Positions 32,896 to 42,278 of a DNA stretch of 64,000 nucleotides are shown one piece after another; the stretch's first letter is position 1, and every line of letters begins with the position of its first letter. Origin of the DNA: Candidatus Sulfomarinibacteraceae bacterium (GTDB lineage Bacteria > Acidobacteriota > Thermoanaerobaculia > Thermoanaerobaculales > Sulfomarinibacteraceae). The stretch lies in the NCBI GenBank assembly GCA_963796455.1, contig CAWCLO010000007.1, forward strand, positions 32,001 through 96,000, written 5' to 3'. The position numbers and the translations under genes are program-made. The notes beneath the pieces are model-generated. The model had not been told where the DNA came from. It did no database searches and worked only from the letters and a program-made list of their open reading frames with translations.

Positions 32896-33370
32896 TGGGG
32901 TTTGAGGCTTGAGGCTTGGATCACTCGTGTCCAAGACAGTGTCTCGGACAGGATTCAGGGACAGCGACGGGGACCGGCTGGCAGCGTCAGGGTTCAGGGA
33001 CAGCGACAGCGAACGGTAGTCAGCGTCAGAGTTCAGTCGGCAGCGTCAGCAATCAGCGATCAGCGACCGGGACAGCGAACAGCACTCACATCTTCGGGGC
33101 TCCGGCCTTTGTGGTGCGGCCGTCTCGGCCGCACGGTGTGCGGGCGAGACGCCTACACCACAACGGCTGTTCCTTCCGCTGAATGACCCGGAGGTGGCCA
33201 CTTCGCCGACTGGAATCCTGATCGCTGCCGCCGCCGCTGTCCTCTGTCGCTGTTCCCTGTCGCTGCCCCTGATCGCTGTTGCCTGTCGCTGACGCTGCAA
33301 ATCGGGAGCGCGATCGGGTGTGGGCCGTTCGCGAACATCTCAAGCGGCAAGCCTCAAGCCTCAAGCCCCA
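32896..33370. repeat. Inverted heptamer arms (CTTGAGG)n...(CCTCAAG)n enclosing copy D
   Basis: 32896-32918 vs 33348-33370: 22/23 complementary. Confidence 0.85.
32930..33320 (-). mobile_element. Gene-less relative of the four-helix-bundle element with a REP-like palindrome (copy D)
   Basis: Core 33181-33220 (35/40); palindrome 33109-33163; gene-end remnant CCGAAGATGTGAGTGCTGTTCGCTG; right-end motif at 32930-32951. Confidence 0.7.
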
Positions 33371-34241
33371 AAAACTCGAGCGCTGCCTGCCGCCCCGCAT
33401 CGACAAAGTCGTCAAAGTGCTGCCACTCGGCCCACCGGGCACCTCCGACGTCGGGCCGGATCACGTGGGTCGCAGATCTGAGTTGGCGCCGCCGCAGGAG
33501 CCGAGCCGTCATCATCTGGGTCCGCATCATGGTATCGAGGACGAGATCATCATCGCGGAGCGGTGCCACATCCATCGAGACATCGACCGCAATCACAGGC
33601 CATCCCTCGTCGCGCGCCGCCACCGCGGGAACTTCGGCCACGACTCCGCCGTCCACCAGCAGCCGCCCGTCGACCCTGGTCGGAGGCACCATTCCGGGAA
33701 TCGCGCTGGACGCAGCCATTGCAGGCCGCAACGAACCTTGACGCAGCCTGACTTCCTCACCGCTCTCGAGATCGGTGGCGACCACCACAAAGGGTTTCGG
33801 AAGCTCCGAAAACTGGAGGTCCGGAATCAGGAAATCGAGGGCCTGCGCCAACGCCTGTTCGTCGAGCACGCTGCTGCGGTTCATCGCAAAGGAAACCACA
33901 ACCCGGTTTCTGATCTTGCGAGCGACCTGAATCAAAGGATGCTCGGTGGACGCCGTATGGGGAAGCCTCCCGATCGGCCGCACGGTGGGGATCAGCTCCC
34001 TCTCGAGCGCCTCTTTCCACAAATCGATGGCACGGGCCGCAGATCGATGAGCCAGGAACATCCCGCCGGCGATAGCGCCCATACTGGTCCCGACAATGGC
34101 TCGCACATCGAGACCCACCTCTTCAAAGACCTGGAGGACCCCAAAATGGGCAAAGCCGCGCGCTCCGCCGCCGCCGAGCGCCAGCACAGGTGGCCGCAGG
34201 CGCCAGGATGCCCTTTTGATCGAATGCCTGAATTTGCTCAC
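33354..34241 (-). CDS. Patatin-like phospholipase
   Basis: LALGGGGARGFAH, GTSMG, ASSAIPG, VDGG; start placed at GTG 34241 to avoid overlapping yqeB. Confidence 0.9.
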   Translation of the reverse strand: MSKFRHSIKRASWRLRPPVLALGGGGARGFAHFGVLQVFEEVGLDVRAIVGTSMGAIAGGMFLAHRSAARAIDLWKEALERELIPTVRPIGRLPHTASTEHPLIQVARKIRNRVVVSFAMNRSSVLDEQALAQALDFLIPDLQFSELPKPFVVVATDLESGEEVRLRQGSLRPAMAASSAIPGMVPPTRVDGRLLVDGGVVAEVPAVAARDEGWPVIAVDVSMDVAPLRDDDLVLDTMMRTQMMTARLLRRRQLRSATHVIRPDVGGARWAEWQHFDDFVDAGRQAALEFLGLEA

Positions 34242-34296
34242 AGGTTTCCGATCTCGTCGATTCAGCTCGGGTCGGCCCGTTTCGGCTGAATCGGGC

Positions 34297-35223
34297 TCAT
34301 TTCGCGGACTTCCGTTTCTTTGCCCCTTTCGCAGTCTTTGCAGCACTTTTGCGCTTTCGACTGCGCTGAGCATCTTCGGCCATCAACCCGAGCACCGCCT
34401 CCAACACACCCTCGGCCACCCGGCGTGACTTGTCCGAGATATGGTCGAGGTCATCGGTCCTGCCACGCGGATCCACATCGGCGATGCGGTCTCCCTTTTT
34501 CACCGGAACTCCGTCTCGGAGAAGGCCCCGAATGACTCCGGAGATCCGGGCCGTGACCGGGTAGGACGCATCAACCGGAACTCCCTCACGGAAATCCTCG
34601 ACGCCATAGACCGAAACGACCGTACCTATGCGTTCACCGCGCTGAACTTCCTGGCCGATTGTGTTCTGGGTGAAGAAGATCCCGTCGCGCACCGCCTTGA
34701 CGGCGCGTTCGTCGGCATATCCCATGATCTGAGCCGGAGGCTCGTCGGCGAGCCGCTCCCCGGTGTCTTCGAGCACCGCACCGACCTGCGGACCGCGGAC
34801 TGTGTCGACCACAGCATCACAGTCCTTTCGGGCCACGTATCCCGGCCCGAGTGCGATGACCACGGGAGCAATGCCCCGCTTGAGACCCCAGTTCTTTCGC
34901 AGCATGGCGGCCTCGATAAAGATCTTTGGCTGCCAGTCGAGCAGCACGTCTTCGAGATCGAGAGCGGCAACTGCGATCGCTCCTGAAGCGTTTGCTTCTC
35001 TGATCTCGTCGACGTCACGGGCAAATTTCCCTTTGACGCCTTGGACCGTGGTCGTGCCGTCGAGGATCGCTTCCGAAAAACAAACCTGACGTCGCACAGC
35101 CTTCGGGTACCGTCGTTCGAGCATGAGAATGTTGACGAACCCCTGCGTGTAGAGATGGTACGCAGTTCCGGATGCAAGCTCGCCCGCACCCCGGATCAAC
35201 ACTCGGTATTCGCTCGGCTTCAT
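34297..35223 (-). CDS. yqeB: Selenium-dependent molybdenum hydroxylase system protein, YqeB family
   Basis: VLIRGAGELASG, AVRRQVCFSEA, IALGPGY, GVIRGLLRDG, ADVDPR, ISDK. Confidence 0.85.
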   Translation of the reverse strand: MKPSEYRVLIRGAGELASGTAYHLYTQGFVNILMLERRYPKAVRRQVCFSEAILDGTTTVQGVKGKFARDVDEIREANASGAIAVAALDLEDVLLDWQPKIFIEAAMLRKNWGLKRGIAPVVIALGPGYVARKDCDAVVDTVRGPQVGAVLEDTGERLADEPPAQIMGYADERAVKAVRDGIFFTQNTIGQEVQRGERIGTVVSVYGVEDFREGVPVDASYPVTARISGVIRGLLRDGVPVKKGDRIADVDPRGRTDDLDHISDKSRRVAEGVLEAVLGLMAEDAQRSRKRKSAAKTAKGAKKRKSAK

Positions 35224-35410
35224 CCATCCTCCGTCAGACTTCGGAAACGGACCCGCTAGATCACGAAGCGCGATGTTCGGACGAGCTGGCCTGCGTTGGC
35301 ACATTCTAGCGTGGGGAAATCAACCTGTCACGTGAAGGATTGGAATACATGGTTTTTGATACATGATGCTCGATACTCGATACTCGATATTTGATGCGAA
35401 ATTCAGGATT

Positions 35411-35623
35411 CAGCACTCATTTCGCCGGGTTCAACAGGCGCCAGATCGTGGCACGGTCCTGATCGAAGGTATTCATCGTGTCACGGGCGGCCGCCCACCG
35501 GCTACCCATTCTGTTGAACGACCCGGAGGCGGCCACTTCGTCGCCTCGACTCCTGACCGCTGCCGCTGGACGCTGCCGCTGTGGCTGCAATCCGGGCACG
35601 GGCATGGGGCAACCGCGAACCGG
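35411..35623 (-). mobile_element. Internally deleted four-helix-bundle element keeping the 3' end of the gene (copy E)
   Basis: Core 35516-35555 (37/40); encodes ...MNTFDQDRATIWRLLNPAK* versus ...MMAFDQVRAMTWRLLNPKV* in copy A. Confidence 0.8.
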
Positions 35624-35637
35624 TATAGGCCAAAAGG

Positions 35638-36168
35638 TCAGGCCTCGTCGCCCTCTAATTCGAGCACATGAATATCCGGCAGGTTTCGGTAGACCTCGCC
35701 ATAATCCAGTCCGTAGCCCACCACGAAGAGATCCTCGATTTCGGTTCCCAGGAAGGCAATATCGATTTCGACTTGACGCCGCGATGGTTTGGATAAAAGA
35801 GAAACCACCTGAATCGATTTCGGGTGGCGCGCCCCGATCAACTGGATAACGTCGGTCAAGGTGATCCCTGTATCGACGATGTCTTCAACCAGATACACAT
35901 CCCGGTCGCGAACATCGACCGTAATGTCCTTGACCAATACCACCGAACCTGCCGAGGTCGTGCTCGCTCCATAGCTCGAAACCTGGATGAAATCCATTTC
36001 GATCGCGCGATTGATCTGCCGTGTGAGATCGGTGAAAAAAAAGACGCAGCCTTTCAACACGCCGATGAACACCGGTGACCGGCCCTCGAGATCGGTATTG
36101 ATCTCAGCTGCCACCCTCGCAGTCATTGCCTCGATCTCCTGCTTGCTCACTACAATTCGTCCAAGCAT
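35638..36168 (-). CDS. hpt: Hypoxanthine phosphoribosyltransferase
   Basis: GVLKG, VSSYG, LVEDIVDTGITL, FVVGYGLDY, YRNLP. Confidence 0.96.
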   Translation of the reverse strand: MLGRIVVSKQEIEAMTARVAAEINTDLEGRSPVFIGVLKGCVFFFTDLTRQINRAIEMDFIQVSSYGASTTSAGSVVLVKDITVDVRDRDVYLVEDIVDTGITLTDVIQLIGARHPKSIQVVSLLSKPSRRQVEIDIAFLGTEIEDLFVVGYGLDYGEVYRNLPDIHVLELEGDEA

Positions 36169-36287
36169 TTTGCCTCCTGACCCTCAGAATAACCAGGCCC
36201 TCGATCCAATCGGCCTCGCATACGGGATTCGCGATCTCTGCCGACTCAATTGCTACACCAACGCTGGTCGGTGTATCCTCAAATATC

Positions 36288-37937
36288 ATGGAATCTTCCA
36301 GCCAGACCACCATGAGCGTTCGGTATACCACAATGTCCGATCGCTTTCGATCTTTGTGGACCTTCTATCAATTCCTGGGCGGCGTTCTCAAACACCTCGG
36401 CGAAGGCCCGATGCCCTACAGCTACGATTTCCAGGGGCTCCATCGCAGAATGAAGGATCTGATCCACAAAATCGGCGTCGAGAACTCGGGCGACGCATCA
36501 CCCGAATTGGATCAACTGGAACGCGAACTCGATCGAATATGGGTCGATCTCGCGCGGATCGAAAAAGAGTTCCCGCCGTCGACGATGCGGAAATTCTTCG
36601 ACCACATCAAGCGCCAGGACGAAAAGGTACTGAGCGCCCTCCTCAAGTTCTATCTGCAATCGAGCCATTTCGAACAGGACACCCTCGACAAGCTGGACAT
36701 CCTCTTCACCCGCCTCGCGGAGGTTCCCCTGGAGGACGGTCTGGTCGGCGCGAAGGATCCGAACGACATTCTCCCTACCTTCATACGTCTCTGCGAATTT
36801 ACCGACATACCGGATCTACCTCCCGCTGAAGCGCAATCGCTGGTCCAGTCCGTGATCGCGATTCGCGATGAACTCGAGTCGATCGCGGACTACGGAACTC
36901 TGGTGGACTCGCGGGTATTCGACCGCTACCGCCGCCTGAAACAAAGGCTCGGAACCTCAGGGCTGCAACCTGCCATGCTGGTCGAGATCACTGCCACGAA
37001 CATCGTTGCAAAAAATCGTTTCGAAGAGCTCTTTCGAGCCGAGGAGGCAAAGGTCGCGGAGAATACGAACCGGATCTACGACATCGAGCGCTATCTGGCC
37101 CGGCACCCCGAACTCGCCAGCAGCGATATCAAGCGACAGATCGAGGAGTTCCGGCACAGCCGCATTCGTTATGAATCGAGCCTGCGGCGGAATAATGTCA
37201 AACGCGACGACATCAACGACATGACCCAGGCCATGCACAGCGTCCTGGCACAATTCGACCCAGCATCAAAGCGTCAGGTGAATCCGGCCACCGAATCGGA
37301 GCAAGTTTTTCCAAAACAGACCGGCGGCACTCCCGAGGCCCGCGGAACCGGTTCAAAGGGCGCGGACGAGCCGGATCTTCTGGTCGAAGAACTGGATGAC
37401 GAGGGCCGCCCGAAGGCTGCCACTTTGAACGATGTGCTCCCTCTCGATCCACTGCTCAACGAATCGCTCCACAAAATCATGTTTGCGCTCGAAATGGTGG
37501 TGTGGGATCGCCTCCCCACCCAGGTCACCGAAGCGCCGGAGATCAAAAACCTCGATCTCGAGGTCTGGGAAGTCGACACCTACCGCAAGCTGGCCGAGGG
37601 CAAAGTTGCTCGCGGCACCGCCGAATGGGAACTGGACAGCTTCTTTCTGACCAGCGCCGCACTCCGGGTCAAGATGGATGACGAGCGCAAGGAGATCACC
37701 CGTCTCGAGGACGGAGAAAACCCGGAACGGCTATTCGAAGTTCTGGAAAGGTCGGCGCAGAGTCTGGAGCGCGCACGTGACGCCGAACGTCGGTTTCAGT
37801 GGTTCGTCGACGACATGCTCTTTCGCAACGATACCAACCAACTGGAGCACATCTATCGTTCTCGTTTCCGGTTTCTACACGCCTACTCGGGTCTGTGGCT
37901 GACCCATCAACGCAGCGGCGGCCTGACACCGCTGTAG
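36288..37937 (+). CDS. Hypothetical alpha-helical cytoplasmic protein
   Basis: Long ORF with coding-like composition; no motif recognised; start uncertain (36288, 36312 or 36333). Confidence 0.75.
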   Translation: MESSSQTTMSVRYTTMSDRFRSLWTFYQFLGGVLKHLGEGPMPYSYDFQGLHRRMKDLIHKIGVENSGDASPELDQLERELDRIWVDLARIEKEFPPSTMRKFFDHIKRQDEKVLSALLKFYLQSSHFEQDTLDKLDILFTRLAEVPLEDGLVGAKDPNDILPTFIRLCEFTDIPDLPPAEAQSLVQSVIAIRDELESIADYGTLVDSRVFDRYRRLKQRLGTSGLQPAMLVEITATNIVAKNRFEELFRAEEAKVAENTNRIYDIERYLARHPELASSDIKRQIEEFRHSRIRYESSLRRNNVKRDDINDMTQAMHSVLAQFDPASKRQVNPATESEQVFPKQTGGTPEARGTGSKGADEPDLLVEELDDEGRPKAATLNDVLPLDPLLNESLHKIMFALEMVVWDRLPTQVTEAPEIKNLDLEVWEVDTYRKLAEGKVARGTAEWELDSFFLTSAALRVKMDDERKEITRLEDGENPERLFEVLERSAQSLERARDAERRFQWFVDDMLFRNDTNQLEHIYRSRFRFLHAYSGLWLTHQRSGGLTPL

Positions 37938-38012
37938 GAGCGGCCCCGGCATCAGCAGGATCCTCACCTCGACTGAAGCCCGGCCGCCGATGAAACGGAG
38001 AGATCAGCCAGA

Positions 38013-38606
38013 ATGAGGAATCGACGACTCGATATCGAAGACGGATGGCGGCCGGTCGGTGCCTCGTGGCGACTGGCGGCGACCGTGATCGATATGGCCG
38101 TTTATTGCGGATTGTGCCTGGTGGTCGCGGTTCCGGTGAGCCAGTCCTTTGACTGGAGCGCCATCTGGGGAGGCATCGACGAGATGGCCCTGGCAGCGTC
38201 CGAACCCGCATGGCTCGGCCATGCGTCGTCAATTCTCGGTCTCTGGATCGCGATGTGGTTGTGCTACTTCGTCGTCGGTTGGGGACTGCTCGGAGCGACC
38301 CCCGGGAAGTGGGCGCTCGGTCTCAGAATCATGGACTACCGGCAACGCAGTCCGATCGGAGCCTCACGTTCCGTTCTTCGTTTGGCAGCCTACTGCGTCA
38401 GTTCGGTCACCTTCGAGTGGGGTCATCTCCTGATGCTGATTCGCAGCGACCGCCGAGCCCTGCACGACGTGCTCGCCGGCACCAGGGTGGTCCGTAAATC
38501 GCGCCGCCCGATTCCGGCAGTGTTCGAAGCAGAATCCGAGGCCGTACTCGAAGAAGAGGACGAAACCGAAGCCGACGAACCAACCGAAGTTATCGATCAG
38601 TTCTGA
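38013..38606 (+). CDS. RDD family membrane protein
   Basis: WRLAATVID, GATPGKWALGLRI, RRALHDVLAGTRVV. Confidence 0.88.
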   Translation: MRNRRLDIEDGWRPVGASWRLAATVIDMAVYCGLCLVVAVPVSQSFDWSAIWGGIDEMALAASEPAWLGHASSILGLWIAMWLCYFVVGWGLLGATPGKWALGLRIMDYRQRSPIGASRSVLRLAAYCVSSVTFEWGHLLMLIRSDRRALHDVLAGTRVVRKSRRPIPAVFEAESEAVLEEEDETEADEPTEVIDQF

Positions 38607-38609
38607 GGA

Positions 38610-38718
38610 GGCTTGGGGCTTGGGGCTTGGGGCTTGGGGCTTGGGGCTTGGGGCTTCTAGGAATTCACTGCTCTTCCGACACTGTCAAGCCTCAAGCCCA
38701 AGGTCCCAGGCCTCAAGC
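38610..38718. repeat. (GGGGCTT)x6 array with an inverted heptamer arm, between convergent genes
   Basis: Six GGGG runs at 38615-38653; complementary arm at 38686-38718. Confidence 0.9.
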
Positions 38719-38728
38719 TTTTTGCGCT

Positions 38729-39595
38729 TCAGCGCAAAAACCCCGCAAGTGAGTGCTTCTTGTGCGATCGGCGGAGCTTGTTGAGCGCTCGGCTTTCGAT
38801 CTGCCGCACCCGTTCCCTGGAGAGGTTCATGAATTCACCGATCTCGCGCAGGGTCTTGGGCTGATCGTCGATGAGACCAAATCGTAGCTTGAGTACGCGG
38901 CGCTCTCTTTCGGGTAGCTCGGCGAGGGCGTCTCGAAGGGCCCGGGCAAAGGATTCACGCAACAACAACTCGTCGGTGTCCGGCAGCCCGGTCTGTTCCA
39001 GAAGATCGCCAAGTTCCGAATCGCCCTCTGCATCGATCGGTTCGTTGAGTGACAGCGAGGAACGGGAGGCCCTGGTCAGCACACGAACATCCTCGACTGA
39101 AATCCCGAGTTCTTCCGACAATTCCTCATCTGTTGGGGAACGACCGAATCGTTCGCTGAGCAGCGATCGGATCCTTTCCAGCCGGTAAAGCGTGTTGGCC
39201 TGCTTCTGCGGCAATCGGAACGATCCTGCATGCTCGGCGAGGGCATGGAGAATTGCCTGGCGAACCCACCACACTGCATAGGTGATGAACTTGACGTCAT
39301 GGCCCTCGTTTGACGGATCGTATTTTTTTGCCGCCTGGATGAGGCCGAGATTGCCCTCGTGAATCAGATCGAGGAAGGGGACGTTGGGGTTTCGATACTT
39401 CTTAGCGTAAGCAACTACGAAACGGAGGTTGGATTCGACCAGTTCGCGCACCGCATTCTCATCACCTTCGTGAACCCGGCGGGCAAGTTCGATCTCCTGA
39501 TCGTGGTCGAGAGGGCGGTACCGGCCGATTTCTTTGAGGTAGCGGCGGAGTGTCGCCACTTCGGTGTCCGGCGAGGAACCGCCGCGACGTTTCAT
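38729..39595 (-). CDS. Sigma-70 family alternative sigma factor (regions 1.2-4, no region 1.1)
   Basis: YLKEIGR, LVESNLRFVV, DLIHEGNLGL, KFITYAVWWVRQAI, LSRERVRQIE. Confidence 0.93.
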   Translation of the reverse strand: MKRRGGSSPDTEVATLRRYLKEIGRYRPLDHDQEIELARRVHEGDENAVRELVESNLRFVVAYAKKYRNPNVPFLDLIHEGNLGLIQAAKKYDPSNEGHDVKFITYAVWWVRQAILHALAEHAGSFRLPQKQANTLYRLERIRSLLSERFGRSPTDEELSEELGISVEDVRVLTRASRSSLSLNEPIDAEGDSELGDLLEQTGLPDTDELLLRESFARALRDALAELPERERRVLKLRFGLIDDQPKTLREIGEFMNLSRERVRQIESRALNKLRRSHKKHSLAGFLR

Positions 39596-39966
39596 TCTTC
39601 GTCCACGACCTTGAGAGTCGTCGATTCGACCTTCACCAATGCGTGATATCTGGGGACCGCACCATGCTCTTGGATCGTCCGGCGGATCATCGCGGCCAGG
39701 GCCTCGTTATCCCGCTGTAGGCGACGTATCTGCTGTTTCAGGTTGAGAATGATATCAACGCCCGCCAGGTTGACGCCAAGATCGCGGGTCAAGGCGAGAA
39801 TCACTTCGAGCCTTTCACAACTCTCTTCATCATAGAGCCTGGTATTGCCTCGAGATCGGGTGGGCTGCAGGAGACCTTCGCGTTCCCACAACCGAAGGGT
39901 CTGCGGGTGGACATCGTATTTCTCAGCCACCCACGAGATCATCCGATATTTCGGTTCTGGTTTCAC
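39592..39966 (-). CDS. hspR: MerR-family heat-shock repressor HspR
   Basis: ISWVAEKYDVHPQTLRLWEREGLLQPTRSRGNTRLY, LTRDLGVNLAGV; GTG 39966 with AGGAGG; next to dnaK. Confidence 0.88.
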   Translation of the reverse strand: MKPEPKYRMISWVAEKYDVHPQTLRLWEREGLLQPTRSRGNTRLYDEESCERLEVILALTRDLGVNLAGVDIILNLKQQIRRLQRDNEALAAMIRRTIQEHGAVPRYHALVKVESTTLKVVDEE

Positions 39967-40144
39967 GATCCCTCCTGACCAACGATGCCGGCATTCTCGA
40001 GCAGCGTCACTTGACACGACCGTGAGTCATCTCGACTCGTAGCGGCCCGTCTATCCGGCTGGTGATCTGGTGATTACTCTATCACCACCTGGATCTGCGG
40101 ACTTTTGTGACGACACGCTCCCGCAGCTTATTGCGCCTGTGACC

Positions 40145-40180
40145 AAAAAACCGGGGGCGCCGCGACTGCGGCACCCCCGG
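40145..40180 (-). terminator. Intrinsic terminator after dnaK
   Basis: 13-bp GC-rich stem followed by T6 on the minus strand. Confidence 0.85.
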
Positions 40181-40196
40181 CGGCTTCTTTCAGATT

Positions 40197-42119
40197 TCAG
40201 TTCTGCTCTTCAGCGTCGACGTCAACATATTCGGCATCGATCACGTCGTCGTCAGCAGCGGCCTCGCCACCACCAGGCGCAGGACCGCCGTCGGCGCCGG
40301 CAGCAGCCTCACCCTCGGCCGAAGCGCTCTGATAGAGCACCGCCGCCACCTTGTGGCTCGCCTGGGTCAGCTTCTCATGGGCCTGTTCCATAGCTCCCGC
40401 GTCGCCTTCCTCGAGCACCTTCTTGGCTTCGGTAATCGCCTCGTCGATGGCGCCCGCATCAGTCTCAGCGAGCTTTTCGCGATTGTCGTTGACCAGCTTC
40501 TCGGTTGCGTACACGAGTCCGTCGAGTTTGTTGCGGGTCTCGATCTCGTTCCGTCGATTCTCGTCATCCCCAGCGTGGGTCTTGGCCTCATCCACCATAC
40601 GGTTGATCTCATCGCCGGACAAACCGGAAGAACTCGTGATCTCGATCTTCTGTTCTTGTCCGGTGCCGCGGTCCTTCGCCGCCACATGGAGGATGCCGTT
40701 GGCATCGATATCAAAGGTGACCTCGATCTGCGGTACACCGCGGGGCGCAGGCGGAATTCCAACCAGGTGGAATCGACCGAGCGGTCGGTTATCAGCCGCC
40801 ATCGGCCGTTCACCCTGGAGCACGTGAATCTCGACCTGGTTCTGATTGTCGTCGGCAGTCGAATAGACCTTCGACTTGTTCACCGGAATCGTCGTATTGC
40901 GCTCGATCACGACATCGGTCACGCCGCCAAGAGTCTCGACTCCAAGGGACAAGGGGGTGACGTCGAGCAGCACCACGTCCTTGACGTCGCCCGCCAGTAC
41001 GCCGGCCTGAACGGCGGCGCCGATCGCGACCACCTCGTCAGGATTGACGCCCTTGTTGGGCTCTTTGCCAAAGAAATCGGTCACCAATTTCTGAACCATC
41101 GGGATCCGGGTGGAGCCGCCCACCAGGACAACCTCGTCCACATCCTTGGCCTCGAGCCCCGCATCCTTGAGCGCCTGGCGCGAGGGAGCGAGGGTGCGTT
41201 GGATCAACGGCTCGATCATCTGCTCGAACTTCGACCGCGAGAGCCGAATATTGAGATGTTTGGGCCCCTCGGAGTCGGCGGTGATAAACGGCAGGTTGAC
41301 GTCGGTCTCCATCGTCGAGGAGAGCTCCATTTTGGCCTTTTCCGCCGCTTCCTTGAGCCGCTGAACGGCCATGCGGTCCTTGGACAGATCAACACCCTGG
41401 TCCTTTTTGAACTCTTCTTCCATCCACTCGATGATCACCTGGTCGATATCGTCGCCACCGAGATGGGTGTCACCGTTTGTCGATTTGACCTCGACAACGC
41501 CTGCACCCACTTCGAGGATCGAAATATCAAAGGTGCCGCCACCGAAGTCGAAGACGGCGATCGTCTCGTCATCTTTGTTTTCGAGACCATAGGCCAGGGC
41601 CGCGGCGGTTGGTTCGTTTACCAAACGCAAGACCTCGAGGCCGGCAATCTGTCCGGCATCTTTGGTGGCCTGTCTCTGAGAATCGTTGAAATAGGCGGGA
41701 ACGGTAATGACCGCCTGGGTCACCGGGGAACCGAGATAGTCCTCGGCCGCGGTCTTCAGTTTCTGCAGAATCATCGCCGAGATTTCCGGCGGTGAATGAA
41801 CCTTGCCGTCAACCTCGATCCGCGCGGTGTCGTTTTCCCCTTTGACGACCTTGTAGGGGATCGTCTTTATCTCTTCACCGACCTCGTTGAACAACCGGCC
41901 CATGAATCGTTTGATCGATGAAACGGTGTTCTCCGGGTTGGTGACGGCCTGGCGTTTCGCCACCTGGCCCACCAGCCGTTCTCCATTTTTCGAAAAACCC
42001 ACGACCGACGGGGTCGTGCGATTGCCCTCTTGATTTGGAATGACGACTGGTTTGCCGCCTTCCATTGCGGCGACAACCGAGTTGGTCGTGCCGAGATCAA
42101 TTCCTATAACATGAGACAT
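40197..42119 (-). CDS. dnaK: Chaperone DnaK
   Basis: [49 protein letters not shown]. Confidence 0.99.
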   Translation of the reverse strand: MSHVIGIDLGTTNSVVAAMEGGKPVVIPNQEGNRTTPSVVGFSKNGERLVGQVAKRQAVTNPENTVSSIKRFMGRLFNEVGEEIKTIPYKVVKGENDTARIEVDGKVHSPPEISAMILQKLKTAAEDYLGSPVTQAVITVPAYFNDSQRQATKDAGQIAGLEVLRLVNEPTAAALAYGLENKDDETIAVFDFGGGTFDISILEVGAGVVEVKSTNGDTHLGGDDIDQVIIEWMEEEFKKDQGVDLSKDRMAVQRLKEAAEKAKMELSSTMETDVNLPFITADSEGPKHLNIRLSRSKFEQMIEPLIQRTLAPSRQALKDAGLEAKDVDEVVLVGGSTRIPMVQKLVTDFFGKEPNKGVNPDEVVAIGAAVQAGVLAGDVKDVVLLDVTPLSLGVETLGGVTDVVIERNTTIPVNKSKVYSTADDNQNQVEIHVLQGERPMAADNRPLGRFHLVGIPPAPRGVPQIEVTFDIDANGILHVAAKDRGTGQEQKIEITSSSGLSGDEINRMVDEAKTHAGDDENRRNEIETRNKLDGLVYATEKLVNDNREKLAETDAGAIDEAITEAKKVLEEGDAGAMEQAHEKLTQASHKVAAVLYQSASAEGEAAAGADGGPAPGGGEAAADDDVIDAEYVDVDAEEQN

Positions 42120-42154
42120 GATTCTATCCTCCTCAACTTTCGCATCCGGGCTTA

Positions 42155-42184
42155 AATATAAAACCTGAGCGTTCGTTTGTCAAG
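42155..42184 (-). promoter_or_regulatory. Sigma70 promoter of dnaK overlapped by a HAIR-like HspR operator
   Basis: TTGACA-N17-TATATT; CTTGACA-N7-GCTCAGG (42164-42184) versus the HAIR consensus CTTGAGT-N7-ACTCAAG. Confidence 0.75.
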
Positions 42185-42278
42185 TCTTTTATATTGTTTC
42201 TCCAAATTGGAGTTTTGAATCACCGAAAAGCCTGCGAGGGAACACAACGGCGGCCTCGGAGTCCCGCCCCGCGATTGT

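Noticed and set aside
34297..35223. Selenoprotein (UGA read-through) genes near yqeB
   Set aside because: No gene in the window shows an in-frame TGA interrupting a recognisable domain.
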